Assembly (NCBI RefSeq): GCF_009914755.1
Contig: NC_060925.1
Length of the DNA: 64,000 nucleotides
Source of the DNA: the human T2T-CHM13v2.0 reference genome, Homo sapiens
Strand: one strand, 5' to 3'
A program made the translations under genes and the position numbers. Shown here one piece after another: positions 51,452 to 64,000 of the stretch. Each line of letters starts with the position of its first letter. The first letter of the stretch is position 1. The notes under the pieces are model-generated. The model was not told the origin of the DNA. It searched no databases and worked only from the letters and a program-made list of their open reading frames with translations.

Positions 51452-53806
51452 CAGGCATACCTTGTATTATTGTGATTCTCTTTATTGTACTTTGCCATTG
51501 TATTTTTTACAAATTGAAAGTCTGTGACAACCCTGTGACAAGCAAGTCTATCAACATTATTTTTCCAACAGCATAAGCTCAGTCAGTGTCTCTGTGTCAC
51601 ATTTTGATAATTCTCACAATATTTCAAATTTTTCATCATTATTTTATGTGTTATGGTGATTTGTAATCAGTATCTTTTGATGTTACTATTGCAACTGTTT
51701 TGGGGCACCGTGAATAGCGCCCATTTTTTATGATGAACTTAATCCATAAATATGCGTATTCTGACTGCCCACCACTGGCCATTCCCTATCTCTCTCCCTT
51801 TTCTAAGGCCTCCCTATTGCCTGAGACATGCTAATATTGAAATTAGGCCAATTAATAACCTTACAATGGCCTATAAATATTCAAGTGAAAGGAAGTCACA
51901 TATTTCTCACTTTAAATCAAAAGCTGGAAATGATTAAGATCAGTTAGAAAGGCACATTGAAAGCTGAGATAGTCCAAAAGCTAGGTCTCTTGCACCAAAT
52001 GATTATCCTACTTGTGAATGCAAAGGAAAAGTTCTTCAAGGAAATTAGAAGTGCCACTCCAGTGCATACATGAATGATGAAAAAGTGAGACAGCTTCAAT
52101 CCTGATATAGAGAAAGTTTTAGTGGTCTGGCTAAAGGATCAAACAAGCCACAATATTCACTTAAGTCAAAGCCTAATCCAGAGCAAAGCCCCAACTCTTC
52201 CTCAATTCTATGAAGGCTGAAAGAAGTAACGAAGCTGCAGAAGAAAAGTTGGATGCTAAAAGTTCACACTGTTTAAGAAAAGAAGTTGTCTCTATAACAT
52301 AAATGTGCAAGGTGGAGCAGCAAGTGCTGATGTAAAAGCTGCAGCAAGTTCTTCAGAAGATCTAGCTAAGATAATTTATGAAAGTACTAAATAACATATT
52401 TTCAATTTAGATGAAATAGCTTTCTATTGGGAGAAAGAAGATGCTATCTAGGACTTTCAGAGATACAGAAGAAAAGTCAATGCCTGGTTTCAAAGCTTCA
52501 AAGCACAGGCTAATTATCTTGTTAGGGGCTAATGCAGCTGGTGACTTTAAGTTGAAATCAGTGCTCATTTGGCATCCCAAAAGTCCTAGGGCCTTTAAGA
52601 ATTATGTTAAATCTACTTTGCCTGTGTTCTAAAAATGGAACAACCAAGTCTGGATGACAGCACATATTTTTACAGCATAGTTTACTGAATAATTTAGGCC
52701 CACTATTGAGACTGACTGCTCAGATAAAAGATTCCTTCCAAAATATTGTATTATTGAAAATGCACCTGGTCATTCAACCCTGGGCTCTGATGGAGATATA
52801 CAAAGAGATGAATGTTGTTTTTATGCCTGCTAACACAACATTCATTCTGCAGTCCATTGATGAAGGAATGATTTTGACTTTCAAGTCTTATTATTTAAGA
52901 AATAAATTTCATAAGGCTATAGCTGCCATAGACTGTGATTCCTCTGATGGATCTGGGCAAAGTAAACTGTAAATCTTCTGGAAAGGATTCCCTGTTCTAG
53001 ATGCCATTAACATCTGTAATTCATGGGAGGAAGGTCAAACTATCAACTTTAACAGGCTGTTGGAAGAAGTTGATTCCAACCCTTATGGATGACTTTGAAA
53101 GGTTCAAGACTTTAATGGAGGAAAGAGCTGCAGATGTGATGGAAATTACCAGAAAACTAGAATTAGAAGTGGACCCTAAGGATGAGACTGAATTGTTGCA
53201 ATCTCATGATAAAACTTTAAGGAATGAAGAATTGCTTCTTGTGGTTTCTTGAGACGGAAAGTATTCCTGGTGAACATGCTATGAACCCTGTGGAAATGAC
53301 AACAAAGCACTTAGAGTAGTACACAAATTTAGTAGATAAAGCAGGAACAGGGTTTGAGAAGATTGGTCCAATTTTGAGAGAAATTATACTGTGAGTAACA
53401 TGCTATCAAACAGTATTACATGCTACAGAGAAATATTTCATGATAGAAAGAGTCCACTGATGCAGCAAACTTCATTGTTGTCTTGTTTAAAGAAATTGCC
53501 ACAACCACCCCAGCCTTCAGCAACCACTACCCTGATCAGTTAGCAGTCATCAACATCAAAGCAAGACCCTCCACTAGCAAAAAGATTAGGATTTGCTGAA
53601 GGCTGAGATGATTGCTAACAGTTCTTAACAACAAGTATTTTTAATTTAGGTATGTACGTTTTTTAGAGACAATGCTATTGCACACTTAACAGACTACAGT
53701 ATAGTGTAAACATAACTTTTATATGCACTGGAAAACACAAAAGTTGTGTGACTTGCTTTGTTGCAGTGGTCTGAAACCGAACTCCAACATCTCCAAGGTA
53801 TTCCTG
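51452..53806 (+). mobile_element. Tigger1 DNA transposon, near full length, decayed transposase
   Basis: TIRs CAGGCATACCTTG...CAAGGTATTCCTG followed by TA; transposase peptides [32 protein letters not shown] broken by stops and frameshifts. Confidence 0.96.
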
Positions 53807-54311
53807 TATCTACTCAATAAATGTTTATGGAACGCATCTCTTCCATTTTAAGTGGGGAGAATTAAAACTATTCCTCAAAAACGTACCTTTTGATGCTAAC
53901 CTCATCTCTTGCCTTTACTGTGAAATATAACACTGTCTATATTCATGGTCTGAACTTCTTCAGCTCCCATTTACTCCCTAATCCATATTGACTGACTCCT
54001 GCATCACCCTTCCTCTGTACCATATATGGCTTATACTAAGATTGTCAGTGATCTCGATGTGGCTAACTCCAGTATTTTTTTTGGTCTACATCTTGCCTGA
54101 TTCTCCCAGAAGTGTTTGTTACTACTGTAGATTCCACCTTCCCTTTTGAAACTCCCCTCCCTGAATTATTTATGACCTCACCTGTTTGTGTTCCTTGTTC
54201 CCATCTTGCTTCTCTGCACAGACCTCCTTCCTCTGCCCATTCTTGATATATATTTTTTCATGTTCCCCCAGGTTTCCTTCTTCAGGCAGCGTTTCGCCAA
54301 AGCTTTTCTCC

Positions 54312-54500
54312 ATACAGGAATACCTTGGAGATGTTGGAGTTTGGTTTCAGACCACTGCAATAAAGCAAGTCCCACAATTTTTGGGGTTTCCAGTGCACAT
54401 AAAAGTTATGTCTACACTATAGTAGTCTGTTAAGTGTGCAATAGCATTGTCTCTAAAAACTGTGCATACATAAATTAAAAATACTTGTTGTTAAAAATTG
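54312..54500 (-). repeat. Inverted copy of the Tigger1 right end (53619-53809)
   Basis: About 15 differences in 190 bp; shares what appear to be private variants with the adjacent Tigger1. Confidence 0.9.
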
Positions 54501-54509
54501 TGAAGAATG

Positions 54510-55350
54510 CCATCATTCTTCAAAGAATGACCCGTTAGCAACAAGCAGAAATACAACTTGAACAACCTTTGGCCAAAAAGGAGAAGAATTAATTATCCAC
54601 AGGATCCAAGAAAGGAATGATAATCAAATACAATCAGGACAGAAATATGGCTGGACATGAAGAAAAACTGGCCACAGGACTTGAAAAGGACTTATAATGG
54701 CACATGGCAGTGTTCTCTCTCACTCTTTCAGGTTGTCAGCTTTATTTTCTCTCATACTTTCATTCTCAAGGGAGGAAATATGGGATCCTAAATCTGTTTA
54801 GCTTATGTCACCCTTTTAAAATTTTATTTATTTATTTATTTATTTTTGAGATGGAGTTTCACTCTTGTCACCCAGGCTGGAGTGCAATGGCACAGTCTCG
54901 GCTCACTGCAACCTCTGCTCCCGGGTTCAAGCGATTCTCCTGCCTCAACCTCCCAAATAGCTGGGATTACAGGCGTGTGCCACCATACCCAGCTAACTTT
55001 TGTATTTTTAGTAGAGACAGGGGTTCACCATATTGGCTAGGCTGGTCTCGAACTCCAGACCTGTTTATTTTTTTCCCTGCGGAGAGGGGAATTGAAGCAG
55101 TCTCCTAGTCCCAGTTCTAAAAACGTAAGGCAGGAGCTCCTATTGGTCAAGCTTAGAGTGTGCGCCCACTCATGGACCAATCAACAGTGGTAGGGGAGGA
55201 ATCACGTGAGAAGATGGTGGCTCCTGTAGACCATATAGGGGCAGTAGGGGAAAGGGAAAGAAACAGTTCCCAGAAAAAAGGAAAAAAAATTCCTCTATTC
55301 CCAGAAAAATGAGAGAGGAGTTGTTAAACAAATAAAATTATAGGTGTCCA
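54510..55350 (-). mobile_element. Old MLT1-like LTR split by an Alu
   Basis: CAAGCAGAAATACAACTTGAAC; ATTGGTCAAGCTT...GCCCACTCATGGACCAATCA; TAGGTGTCCACTA. Confidence 0.55.
54822..55062 (-). mobile_element. 5'-truncated Alu (AluSq/Sp-like)
   Basis: GAGTTTCACTCTTGTCACCCAGGCTGGAGTGCAATGG with a (TTTA)n tail. Confidence 0.93.
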
Positions 55351-55899
55351 CTAAAATCTTGATAGAGGATGTTAACAGAAGAGTTATACATGAAGTCTGG
55401 AAGAAAAGATGCAAAGAGCGTGAATATGTAAGAATATCTCCAAAACTGAGTGTATGGGTGCACACGCACACTTTTAACTCCTTTTATTCTAATTTCTTGC
55501 TCACCAGGGCTAATTTGGCTTGGCAGGATTCAAGAGAAAAAGATCTTCTGAACAGTGGACCAAGTATTTTGTATGCTAAAAAATGTACAGCTCCAATTGT
55601 AAGCAAATAACAGCTGGTTTTCACATAAATCTGTTATGAGTTGATCTCAGTTTCCTTGGTATCTAACACAGAGTAAGTTCTCAAAGTCCTTGATGAAAGA
55701 ATGCATAAAAGAATGCATAAGTGAAGTCCTTCTGAAGTCATTCACTGCTGGCAGAAATAATATTGTCAATCCAAATTTGCACAAGTGAAGACAACCTCTA
55801 AACCATGGTGATATCTCCCCATCAGGATATCTAGAGGGGACTTTTGTTATTTGTGCCTTGTGGACCCCATTTTTAAAAATATTTTCTCTTTGTGTGATA

Positions 55900-56355
55900 G
55901 ACTGGGTATAGTTTTTCTGAACTACTCTCTCCGTCTCTGTAATAAGATCATATCTTCTCAACCTATTGCCATGTGAGATGCCTGTACAAACCGGGGAAGG
56001 AATGTACATCCCTGCCTTACTGACGTTGAGCTTGGCCATGTGACATATCTTGACCAATGGAATATTGGAAATATTAGACACTTGTCATATCCAATCAGGA
56101 GTTTTAACTGTGTTTGTATGGCTTGACTTAATCCTTCTCACTCTCACCTCCACCATGACAACAGCATGTCCTAAACATTGGTCACTCTTTTTGTTGGGTT
56201 GCAATATTAAATATATATGTATATATATGTATGAGCTGAATCCAGCCCAACTGATCCACGACGTCATGTAACATAAGCAAGAAATAAATATTTGTTGTCC
56301 TTAGCCTCTGAGATACTGGGGTTGTTTATTATTGCAACAAAACCTGACTAATACA
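55900..56355 (+). mobile_element. MLT1-like MaLR LTR
   Basis: GCTTGGCCATGTGAC...GACCAATGGAAT; AATAAATATTTGTTGT...CCTGACTAATACA end. Confidence 0.75.
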
Positions 56356-56509
56356 CTCATAAAATAAACCATACATACTGTCATAACTCGTTTTCTCATT
56401 TCTTACTTAATCAACTGCCACATAGAGCTACTGACCATCATGGGTTAAGGAGGTGATGATTTGCTAGTGTGGAAAGCTCACAGGCAATAGAGCCTTTGAG
56501 CTATTTATC

Positions 56510-56601
56510 TTATATTATATTACATTATATTATATTATATTATATTATATTATATCATATCATATCATATCATATTATATTATATTATATTGTATTATAT
56601 A
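56510..56601. repeat. (TATTA)n/(TATCA)n pentanucleotide repeat
   Basis: Directly visible. Confidence 0.93.
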
Positions 56602-56789
56602 GACTTTGATAACCTCCTGTGGCTTGGATTTATCATCACAAAACTCTGTGAATTCATAAAAATGAGGTTCACATCATTGTGAAGATGAAGGGAAACAATA
56701 TGTGTGGGATGCCAGCACAGAGTAGTGTATTAGTAAATGATTGTTCAATGAAGGAAGGAAGGAATACGTGAACCAATGAATGAATTTCA

Positions 56790-57990
56790 TATTCTATTCA
56801 TTCAATCTATGAATATTTATTGAATATTTACTATGCACTAGCACTTCTGGGGAATAGAATGATGAAGAAAATGGACAAAATTTTTATCCTCATGAAGAGT
56901 AAGTGCTTATGGGTAAGGCAGAGAACAGCAAAATAAACAAGTAAATATATAATGTAAGGTAGAATAAGTGCTATAAAGAAAACTAAAGCAGGGTAAGTAA
57001 GAGAATATCAAATGAAATCATATACGATCAGGAAAGCCCTCTTGAAAGGAACATTTGAGCAAAGACTTGACTAAAATGAGGGTACACGTACAAAAACCAG
57101 GAGGAAGAGCATCCCAGGTAGAAGGACTAGCAAAGTCCAAGGCCTTGAGGCAGGAATTTACTTGGAATGGCTGAGAAAAGGCAAGAAGATTTGTGTGGCA
57201 AGAGAACAGTAAGAGAGGGAAAAAGAATTAAATGAGGGTGGAGGAGTGGCCTGGGGCCAAAACCTCAGGCAACTTACAGGACTTCAGGTTTTACCCTAAA
57301 TAGAAAAGTAAGCCCAGGAGAGTTCTGAGCAAAGCAACAGCAGGCTTTCCCTTAAATTTGGAAAGCAGGCTCCATGGAGTGTAGACTGGAGCAAGGCAAG
57401 TGGGGGTCACTGCATTGCACAACTCGGTGCTCCACAAATTGCAGTCTTTGCGAATGGTGTCTCTGGGGCAATGCTGTGCACAATGAATGTGGGTGTAGGC
57501 ATTAGCCTGGAGGCCAGGGTGGAAACGGGGGATAACCAGGAAGCTAGCCATGCAAGGGATTGGTGTTTGGGGGCAGGGTGGAAGTGGAAAGGGGATTGGT
57601 GAGAACTGGTTGGATGGGGATTATACTCTGAGGGTAAAGCTGTCGATTCTTGCTGATACACTGGCTATAGGGCGTGAAAAAGAGACAGAGGTCATGGATT
57701 ACTCCTATTCTGGCCTGAGTAACTGAATGAATTATGGTGCAATTTAGTAGATACGATCCAGTCGGGGAAAGGTGAATTTATGGAGGGTGGGAGGAGAGAA
57801 TATCAAGGGTTCTGTTTTGGCTGCATTACCTACAAGGTGCTTCACATCTGAATGAACGTGGAAAATAGGCAGATGGAAATGAGTCTGAAAGTCAAAGGAG
57901 CTGAAGAAATAAATTTGGTTATAGCACTTAGATGTGTTTAAAGCCATGGAACAGAATAAACCACCCCCCAAGAGGAATGTGGACCAAGAA
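56790..57990 (-). mobile_element. Long L2 fragment
   Basis: TATTTATTGAATATTTACTATGC...GAAGAGCATCCCAGGTAGAAGG...GTTTAAAGCCATGGAA. Confidence 0.8.
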
Positions 57991-58359
57991 GAGATCCAAG
58001 GTTCACCCCATTTGTCTTTGTGTTTTCCACTGTGACATGCACGGGATCAGGCATGTAGTCAATGTTCAATAAATGATTTTTAAATTGGATGTAAAATCTT
58101 TGTACCAGAAGGAAGAATAAGATGCAGATGCAAACATCCAGGACATACCAATTCCCTCAGCATGCTGGGGTCTAGGCTTGCATCTTGTTAATCATCATGG
58201 TCATATTCTGTTCTGGCGTTTGAAGGTTTTCTGGGTTCTGATCTCAAAAGAAAGAATTCTATGCTTTGCTGGCATTTGCTTCAGATGTCCTCTTTGAGTA
58301 CCTAGATTGCTTGATCTGTGAGGTTGAGATGTTTTATTTAAAATAATAATCTTTACAAT

Positions 58360-58820
58360 AGTAATAATAGTAGCTTATGTTTATTGAACACTTATGTTTC
58401 AAGAGCTTTCTAAATATCATCCCAAGAAACCAGCAAGATAGGTATTATGATTCCCATTTTGCAATGAGAAAATCAAGTCCATACTACTAATAAGTGGCAG
58501 AAATGAAATTAACACTTAACTCTATTTGACTTCAAATTCTAGGCTCTTTTCATATTTTCTAGCTGCAAGACTTCAATCCTTTATCAGAAAATGGTTTAAC
58601 TGGATGAAGTATTCTTTTTTTTATATTTAGGATAACAATAATAATATCTGCCATTTATTACATGTTTGCTAATAGCTAGGGAAATATCTTAAGCAGTTTT
58701 GATGCATTAGCTCATTGGCTCCATTTTACAGATGCAGCCTTTGAAAGTTGGAGGTTAAGTGATTTCTCCAAGGTCATACAACTGATTTAGTAGTAGGATT
58801 TAAGCCCAGATCTGGGCCCA
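58360..58820 (-). mobile_element. Two MIR fragments
   Basis: CCCATTTTGCAATGAGAAAA; CCATTTTACAGATG...CCAAGGTCATACAACT. Confidence 0.7.
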
Positions 58821-58920
58821 ACACTTTAGCACTTATTGAATGCAGTGCCTAAAACTTGGAAAATAATAATGCTCAGAACAATAAATAAAAGCAAATGCCA
58901 GGTGTGGTGGCTCAAGCAAA

Positions 58921-59221
58921 GGCCGGGTGCGGTGGCTCACACCTGTAATCCCAGCACTTTGGGAGGCCAAGGCAGCCAACCACCTGAGGTCAGGAGTTTG
59001 AGACCAGCCTGGCCAACATGACGAAACCCCATCTCTACTAAAAATACAAAAATTAGCCAGGCGTGGCGATGCGGGCCTGTAATCCCAACTACTCAGGAGA
59101 CTAAGGCAATAGAATCACTTGAACCCAGGAGGCAGAGGTTGCAATGAGCAGAGATCATGCCACTGCACTCCAGCCTGGTTGACAGAGCGAGACTCTGTCT
59201 CAAAGAAAAAAAAAAAAAAAA
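58921..59221 (+). mobile_element. Alu (AluSx-like), full length, duplicated 5' junction
   Basis: Dimeric Alu; TSD AAGCAAA present three times. Confidence 0.95.
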
Positions 59222-59404
59222 GCAAAGTAAAAAATAAAATAACATAAATTGGAGTAACGTGGTGGTTAAAAGAAAAAGCAGCTTATATAGTAAATAATTT
59301 GTACCAGAATAATAAAGTTTATTTTATAAGCATTTTTCTCTTTTCCAGAAACCCAAGAGGCAGTGCTAAAGTCATTCTTTAATGTTATTTGGAATAAATC
59401 ATTG

Positions 59405-59620
59405 GTAGCATAATACAGTGGGGAAGAATTTGTGTTCAAAAACCTATTTTAAATCTTAGCTCTGCCATTACTAGTTCTGTGACCTTGGGTAAACTACTTA
59501 TGTTTTCTTGACCTTGGCTTCCTCATATGTAAAGTGAGAATAACAGTTTGAGGGAGGATCAAATAATGGAATAAACAGGTAGTACCTTATAAAGAAGTAT
59601 AAGGGAAACACCTTATAAAC
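59405..59620 (+). mobile_element. MIR SINE
   Basis: CTCTGCCATTACTAGTTCTGTGACCTTGGG...TTCCTCATATGTAAAGTG. Confidence 0.75.
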
Positions 59621-59769
59621 TGGAAATCATTATAAAAATACATGTGTATTAATCATATATGAAAATGGACACAATCTCTGTATATAAATGGAGAAAGGGG
59701 CATATTAACCCGGAGAGACAGTGGTTTGTCATCATTGCAGTCACATGGTAGGTGTTCAATAAATGTTAA

Positions 59770-59910
59770 GTTCAGTGAGTATAGAGTTTCAGTCATGCAA
59801 AATGAAAAAGTTGTACAGATCTCTTACACAACAATGTGCATATAGTTAACAGTACTATTACGTACACTGCCAAGTTGGTAAGAGGATAAACTTACATGTT
59901 TTTTCCACTA
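59770..59910 (+). mobile_element. L1MA/L1MB 3' end fragment
   Basis: GTATAGAGTTTCAGTCATGCAAAATGAAAAAGTT...ACAACAATGTGCATATAGTTAAC. Confidence 0.75.
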
Positions 59911-60611
59911 TATATATATATGAAGAAAAGCTTAGCCAAGAAAAAAAAAATAGCCACTAACATTTGAAGACAACTCTTCATTTCAAAAGTTTGTTTCTAA
60001 AAGCCAAAGTCACTCTTGAACACCTGGGGAACACCTTCAGGATTTCACACAAAGCAAACCTTTACTTCAGAAATAAACCTTGATGTTTGAAAATAAAAGA
60101 CAAAAAGCTGTTTCCTGGGGGCAGAGAGGACTTTTCTCAGCTGCGTGAGAGGCACACAGCAACCTGAGAGCTGCTCCAGCTCCTTCATCTCTGAGTCCCC
60201 TCCCTCCTCCTGCTCTCCCTCACCTCTCCTTCCCCTCCCACTTCCACCTCACTCTTCCTCTTCTCTGACCCTGCTGGAGTCCTTCATTCCTCTTGCCCAT
60301 CCTCATTCCCTTCTCTTTTGCAGCTAGCCTTCATATGGAATTAAGGCATAGATATTCTTCAATGTTTGTGGCATTATTGAATCTTTAAAGGTTTTGGTTC
60401 CCTATTATTTAAGAAATTTCAATTATTGATTTCACTAAGTAATTTAAGAGTCTTGAACATTTTATATTCAGCCAGTCATCAAATATTTTCTAGGCCACAA
60501 CTCAGTCTTCGAATATATCCATGAATAAGACAGACAGTCGTTGCCCTTGTAGAGTTCATGGTTTTGTAGGAGTGACAGAGGAAAAAGGAGGCAACCAAAA
60601 TCTAGTGTGAA

Positions 60612-61095
60612 CAAACACTTGCACAGGAATGTTCATGCAGCACTATTCACAAGAGCTAAAAGGTGGAAACAACCCAAATGTCCATCAATAGATAACTTCA
60701 TAAACAAAATGTGGTATATCCATACAATGAAAAATTACTCGACCATAAAAAGGAATAAAGTTCTGATTCATACTGTAACATAGATGAGCCTTGAACATAG
60801 TATGCTAACTGAAAGAAGCCAGACACAAAAGGTCACATATTGCACCATTCCATGTGTATGAAATATCCAGAATAGGTAAATCTATAGATACGGAAAGTGA
60901 ATTGATGGCTGTCAGGTTCAAGGGGTAAAGAGGAATGGGGAGTGACTGCTTAATGGCTACAGAGTTTTCCTTTAGGGTGATGAAAATGCGTTGGAACTAC
61001 CGAGAAGTAGTATCTGCACATCATTGTGAAAGTCACTGAATCTTACACTTTTAAATGGTGAATTTTATGCTATATGAATTCTATGTAATTTTTTT
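60612..61095 (+). mobile_element. L1MB-type 3' fragment inserted in an L2
   Basis: GGAAACAACCCAAATGTCCATCAA...GAAAGAAGCCAGACACAAAAGGTCACATAT...GGGTGATGAAAATG. Confidence 0.88.
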
Positions 61096-61189
61096 CATGT
61101 GTGGTGTAAAAAGTGCTGTGATGGAGTAACTACAAGACGAAACTTGTTTAGGATAAGATTCATGAAGGAGATGTTCTACAAGATGAGAT

Positions 61190-61500
61190 TTTCATTCATT
61201 CAACAAATATTTATCAAACTTTCTCTACATATCAAGCCCTGTTCTAGATCCTGGAAATACAGCAATGAACACAATGTTAATATCATAAGCTCTTATCCTC
61301 AAGGAGCTTATATTTGGCAGGGGGAAATGGAAGAAGCAACCAAAAATATAATAAATATTTTTCATATTATGTTACAAGGTGATAAGTGTTATGAAAAAAT
61401 ATAATAGAGTAAGGCTTAGTAAGGGGAGTTCCAGAGGATAGTGGAATATAGAGAAATTATCTAGACAAAGGGGAAAATGTTCAAAGGCTCAGGGGAAAGA
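61190..61500 (-). mobile_element. L2 3' fragment
   Basis: TTCATTCATTCAACAAATATTTAT...CTCAAGGAGCTTATATT. Confidence 0.75.
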
Positions 61501-63199
61501 GAGTCTGACATTCTCACTAAACTTTGTAAAATTTATTTCTCCTCATATATGGACGATATGATTGCTCACCTTCTGGAGCCAGCTTAATCTTTCTCTTTTT
61601 TATTCCTTATCTCAGTTAATTTTAACCTATTGAGCTAAAACTTTAGTGTTATTCTTAGCATGTCCCTATTCTGGAAGACTTTAAGATAATTTTCCAAACA
61701 GAAATATTTTAGTTGCTTCTCACTGAAGATTTTGTGACACTATTCAGCTTATTAATACCTCATTTAAAATTAATATTTAAAAATTTAAATACAAGATTTT
61801 ATGACATCCTGCAATTTTAGGAATGATTAGGCCAATATGTTTTCCACTGAATATTTCTTCAATTTTATAATTTGAGTTAACAGGGAAGAATAGGATTTGC
61901 TTTTAGAAATTCTAATCACAGCTAATTTTTCAAGAAGATTTCTACCCCATAAAATAAACCAACATTGATTTTACTAACTCTGCAGTAAAAGTTGTAAAAA
62001 ATAAGGAGAGAGCTAATCGGCAAAAGAAAGACATCTCAAATCAAATACATTCTGGTGCTTTTCTATACAGACTTTTTATTTTACCCATTTGTCAGAGAAT
62101 ATTAACAGAAAGGATTTCCCAACTCCTGCTATAGCGGTTTTCTTCCTGTCCTTCCTCCAACCCACTCACGAAGTCTTTCTATTGTTCTTTATTAGGTGCT
62201 AAAGACATCTGTCCCCGTTACTAGGACAACAGTAGAGTAGCAGGAATGAGGATTAAGAGGGAAATCTTGTCACCCTCATGAGCCGGGCCCCTTAAACAAA
62301 GAAGCCTTCAACTGAGAAGTCTCTGGTTTTCAACTTTTATTGGATTCTACCTCCTTTACTCACTCCTCCTGCACTCAATCTTCTGTGAGAGAATGCATAT
62401 GATGAGGTCATTAGAACAGTAATACAGTAAGAGCCCAAACTCATGAGGGACTGCCACTGTGTTAAGATGGAGCCATGCCTTCTAATAATCAAACTCTCTC
62501 CCTCATCTAGAATGGATACCAGGGTCTGAACAAATGTGAGGCTTCTCAACTCCCCAAATCACAATAAGTGGCTGACGTGCTGTGGCTGGGCCTACCCTAC
62601 ATGGAAACACAGACATCAGGCTGTAGGACAGGAATGGCCTAAGACTTGACATTGGACATTGAGTTGGAATTCATATCTGTCCTTATTTCTTAATGTGCTT
62701 GTAGTCAAGTCACTTTATCCCAAGGCTTAGATAAGGTGTTCTTGTGTGTGAAATGGAATACATACTTCTCAGCATTGTCTTCCATAAGCAGAAAAACTTG
62801 GTACATAGGAGGTGCTAGAAAAGGATAAATGTCGAGAATGTTTGTTGAAATCTCAATGTTTTTCCAGACGGCAGATTCAAAGGGTTGTGTGCTTGAGGGC
62901 TATGCTGGTAGAACAGCTGGGTGGATGCCAGTATCTTTTTCTCAATTTCTATCCATACATTCTGGGCTCCCTGTGGACCCAGCTAATGTTAGTGTATTAT
63001 TCACATAAGCATCATTTATTGGATAAAAACAATGTGCATTAATTTGAAGCAAAAAATAATTAAGAATTGAGGGAGAGGAGAAATGTGTCATATGACAGTC
63101 AAGTTTATTTTTTACAACTATTTTCTTATGATTTCCAAAATTAGGCTCATCTCTCTCATAATAGTCTATCAGTTAAAAAGAAAGCATTTCAGAGGTTAT

Positions 63200-63600
63200 C
63201 TGCTCTGAAGCCGTAACAGGAGGATGGAAAAACTGTGGCCCAGGAAAGTCGCATGCTTCTCCAAAATTGACACCTACTTAGAAGCAAAACTTGGACTGAA
63301 ACCCAATAATCTTGATTCCCAGTTTCATGCTCTTTCAATCTACTCTACCACTTATGATAGTGGGAAGCAGAGACTATATTTTAAACTGGAAAGAACCTTG
63401 GAGTTTACACAAAACATAAAATTCAGAACCATTTATTAAACATAACATCCTTATGAAGTAGATCGTATCTGCAGTTTACAGATAAGTGGAATACTCAGAT
63501 GGGCTGAGTAACTTACCTGAGATCACAAAAAGTGGTAGTTGAGATTTGAACCCAGGTAGTCTGACTCGAAATCCCAGGCCTTTAACCACTCCTCAACTAT
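63200..63600 (-). mobile_element. MIR fragments
   Basis: TTTACAGATAAG...AGTAACTTACCTGAGATCACA...GATTTGAACCCAGG. Confidence 0.7.
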
Positions 63601-64000
63601 GATTTTAGCAGCTTCTATTACCTACTAATGAAGGAGGCAACATGATATACTGGAAAGGACTTAGAATTAGAGTTAGATGACCCTTACTTTCTGCTACACA
63701 CTAGCTCCTCACAAGAAATTATTTCTAAGGTGATGCGGGCAGATAGTTAATGATTATTTTATTACCACTTTCTCTAGTCTGGTTAACAGTGTTTACCTCT
63801 GTCCTGATAGGCTGTAAAGAACACAGTAGGGTCTACATATTTCAGTTTCACCATTGTATTTCCAGCATCTAAGATATATAGCTTGAAAAATGGTAGACAC
63901 ACAACAAATAAACATTTTATTGAATGGAAGGGAGCCTCAGTAAGTCACTTCCTCTGCCTTGGCCTCACAACTTCCATTCATAAAATTAAAAAGCTGTGCA

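Noticed and set aside
51866-53252. Domesticated TIGD-like transposase gene
   Set aside because: Many stops and frameshifts with TIRs retained; an ordinary Tigger1 fossil.

Overview
Primate (very probably human or great ape) non-coding DNA, intergenic or deep intronic. I can recognise no host protein-coding exon, RNA gene, CpG island or CRISPR array. The window is dominated by transposon fossils: many MIR and L2 fragments, about 10 Alu/FAM copies, about 12 solo ERVL/MaLR/ERV1 LTRs, hAT MITEs, a near full-length Tigger1 and two L1PA insertions. Almost all ORF-track entries are chance ORFs or decayed TE frames. The notable signals are structural: (1) two ~190-bp, ~92%-identical inverted templated copies within 5 kb (49.5-54.5 kb); (2) a TSD-flanked L1PA6/7-like element whose 5'UTR is fused to the ORF2 3' end, lacking the YY1 site but keeping an open ORF0-like frame; (3) an exact 23-bp non-TE motif repeated 2.7 kb apart; (4) a ~17-nt micro-L1 with a perfect 16-bp TSD; (5) several small templated duplications. 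I found no convincing new gene system. Subfamily names and the boundaries of old repeats come from recalled consensus sequences and are approximate.
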